The position numbers and the translations under genes are program-made. 64,000 nucleotides of DNA from Antechinus flavipes (Eukaryota): the NCBI RefSeq assembly GCF_016432865.1, contig NC_067400.1, forward strand, positions 246,140,001 through 246,204,000, read 5' to 3'. Shown one piece after another: positions 61,401-64,000 of the stretch. The notes under the pieces are model-generated. The model saw only the letters and a list, made by a program, of their open reading frames with translations, had not been told where the DNA came from and made no database searches. Each line of letters begins with the position of its first letter. Within the stretch, counting starts at the first letter, position 1.

Positions 61401-63519
61401 AAATACCTGTTCCTCAGCTATCCTGGAATCCTTATTCCCCTTTGCCCCTACCATGTTTAGATCTAATTTCATGAGTTTGTAAAAATGTCAAATTTCCTCA
61501 GTCTATATAGCTGACTGGAAAACTCATAGTCCATTACTTCTCAGAATGTGGATCAGACCATCACCTACTTGCCGGCTTGGTTTTCATTATTTTGTAATTT
61601 CCCACAAATTTGCAGTTATAGAGCATTGCATATATATTACATATAGTGCACATAATATACAGTGCATATTACAGAGCATTGTAAATAGCACATCACTGAG
61701 ATTATAAAAAAAGAATCATAAACCAAGCCATAAGGTTGAGATGACACTATGCCCTTCTGATAGGTCCTGTCTTCTCTAGCCAGCTGTACTTTGTCCACTC
61801 CACAACACTGCCCTTGAATTGATGTCCTTTCAATGGCAAAGGAAAAAGAATAATTTTAAAAGAACATTTCTAAAATTCCTGAAAAATCTGGACTCACTAA
61901 TCAACTAAAACATCTTCTCTTAAAAAGAGAAGATGAGCTTTACTGCTTCACAGCTGACTTTGGACATTTGGCCCCCCAAATCATATCCTTCAGATAGATC
62001 CTTTGGAAGAAATCCTAAGTTTAGCATTCTCTGTGGCACATAGTGAGCATCTAAAAAATGTTTATTGATTGAAATGTTAATTGACTGAACTAGTGTTTCA
62101 GGAAGTGGAGGAAAAGCTACAAGTACTGCTGGTAACTGCTCATATCCCTCCTGTAGTTTATCTTAAAATTGTGGTGTGTGAATTTGTGCGTGTATGTGAT
62201 TCCAAGCCCTTATTCTCCATTCAAAAAAAAAAAACATATATGTTTCTGTGGATTTAGTGACTTTTCAAGGGAAATTTCTTCAATAGACTCATTTCATTGA
62301 ATCCTCCCAAATCCAAATGATTCATCAATCCTTTTCCAGGAGACATCTAATGAAAGTTATTTCAATGAAAAACTTATTCTTCTGGGAAATGATGTTTTCT
62401 TTCTTTGACAGTTCTCAGTGGGAAAAGAATGATTTATTCTCTAGAATATGAAAAACGAAAAATCATTTTGTGAGGGGAAAGAACACCTATCAATTCAAAT
62501 TCTCATACACAGAAACAACATAGGTAGCAATTGTACTTCATGGTAGCCATTTTAAAAAAACTTTAAGGGAGCTGATAAAATCTCCTGACTGTCTTTTAAG
62601 CTTAGAAAACCCAGTAGCCTGCAAAGAAATGTCATAAGCTGTTATTAGCTGGAATCTTTTCTTGCAAATGGTCTGTAATTCTCTAGATGCTCTATACCTA
62701 TACCAAGTCATAAATAGTACAGGTTATAGTTGGATCATCACTCTATATTCCCAAAATCTAGTTTCTGATGCTCCTTTTATTCATTTGCAAGATCACATTA
62801 GAATGTCTGGCTGACATATGACAATTTGTTGAAAATAATTATCCTTTAGAATGAAATTTAGAGAGATTTAGTAACAGGAAGGGAGGAGTGATGTCCTTTG
62901 CTTGTCCCAATCACTTTGACTTCATTTTTCTCATAATTGGTTAAAGTTTTTCTGAGATGCCCCCCAACCAGAGAACTATGTCTTACTTCTTTCCTCTCCA
63001 CTACACTCAATATCATTTAACAATATCTTCATCTGACATGGGCTCAGTTGTTTTCTCTCTGATATTTAAACTATCACATCTCAAGTTCCAGAATAGCATT
63101 TTCCCTGAACTCATTTGTCTAGTGGCTGTCTACCAATGCCAAAAATGTATGAGCCTACCCAATTTGAACTACCAGTACTTTTCAGTACTTCCACATTTAA
63201 AAAGTCCTTGACTATATTACAATCAGCAGCACCTACTCCTTCCTGAACTCCTTTTATTGTCTTTGAAAGTCTGACTCTAACATTCAAGAATAACTATCTC
63301 CCATGTGCCCAGTGATGTCCATGGCCAAAATTAATAGCTTCATCTGAATTTTCCTTCTTACTCTCCCATTGGCTCTTAAAAATTCTAGTTAATTGTTACT
63401 CCTGAGTAGATCTGACACTACATTTTTAACCAAATTGTTCATTTCCAGTGGCCTTTTAAACTTTTTTATTGTTTGGTGAAAGAGTAACTATTTCTAAGCT
63501 CTTGGGGCTTCAGAGTACT

Positions 63520-63725
63520 TCTCTCTGTGTGTGTCTCTCTCATTATCTCTGTCTACCTATCTCTCTGTCTCTGTCTCTGACTCTGTGAATGTGTCTCTGT
63601 TTCTCTCTCTCTCTATCACGGTGTGTGTGTCTCTGTCTCTGTCTTGTGTTTCTCTCTTTTTGTCACAATGCCCATGTCTTTTTCTTTGCCTCTGTTTGTC
63701 TCTCTATCTGTGTGTTTCTTGTCCT
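63520..63725 (+). repeat. CT/GT-rich low-complexity simple repeat
   Basis: Degenerate (CT)n/(GT)n/(CTGT)n. Confidence 0.85.
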
Positions 63726-64000
63726 CTCCCCTCCCATTCATTGTCACATCTTCAAACATTGCCAGAATTCTCTCTTGAATTTTATTACCATACCATGAAC
63801 TATCAGATTAAACAATTTCAATTTGATGGCTCCTACATATTTCAAAACCCTCAATTCTACAATAAACCTCCTCATTTTGTTTCTTCAAAGAAACTTATCT
63901 ATCCAAAATTTCTCTACAGTTTTCAAGGAAACTACCATCAATCTAGGAAATCAAATTCTGAGACTTGGGGAAGGTCTTAACTTCTCATGTTTATCATCCA

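Larger units (their letters stand above)
1..64000 (+). repeat. Tandem array of at least 13 KRTAP-bearing duplication units (11 with a gene or pseudogene, 2 with the gene deleted)
   Basis: The same block order recurs: L2 remnant, 'ataatcatt' upstream motif, TATA, Gly/Tyr ORF, 3' UTR 'ccttctgggaaatgatgcagaatctc', flank. Gene starts are at 916, 6371, 10079, 18265, 23789, 31263, 40601, 46415, 53048, 56851 and 61211. Confidence 0.95.

Noticed and set aside
63531-63980. 149-aa ORF, and similar ORFs at 13482, 45328 and 57438
   Set aside because: They are translations of simple-sequence repeats.

Overview
This is marsupial genomic DNA, most likely a dasyurid such as the Tasmanian devil, judged from the OC1-type hAT MITE and the marsupial-type WSINE1/MAR1 SINEs and L1 3' ends. 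The whole window is a head-to-tail tandem array of at least 13 related units of roughly 3.5-9 kb. The ancestral unit is an L2 fossil, a promoter, a single-exon high-glycine/tyrosine keratin-associated protein gene (KRTAP19/20-like) and downstream flank. I label the 11 gene-bearing copies K1-K11; all are on the + strand. K1, K2, K4, K5 and K9 look fully intact. K3 is intact but divergent. K6, K7 and K10 keep an open ORF but have damaged TATA/promoter, poly(A) signal and 5' UTR. K8 and K11 are pseudogenes, and two further units have lost the gene by deletion. Transposons are scattered through the array: L1 fragments, CORE-SINEs, solo LTRs, an OC1-type MITE, a Tc2/pogo DNA transposon nested inside a solo LTR, and an unclassified foldback element containing a 33-bp hairpin. 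The most notable signals are a 3' UTR stem-loop with compensatory base changes across paralogs, a TTAAT motif at fixed spacing (54-57 bp) before the TATA box, the nested Tc2/pogo element, and the foldback element. All alignments and identity estimates were made by eye.
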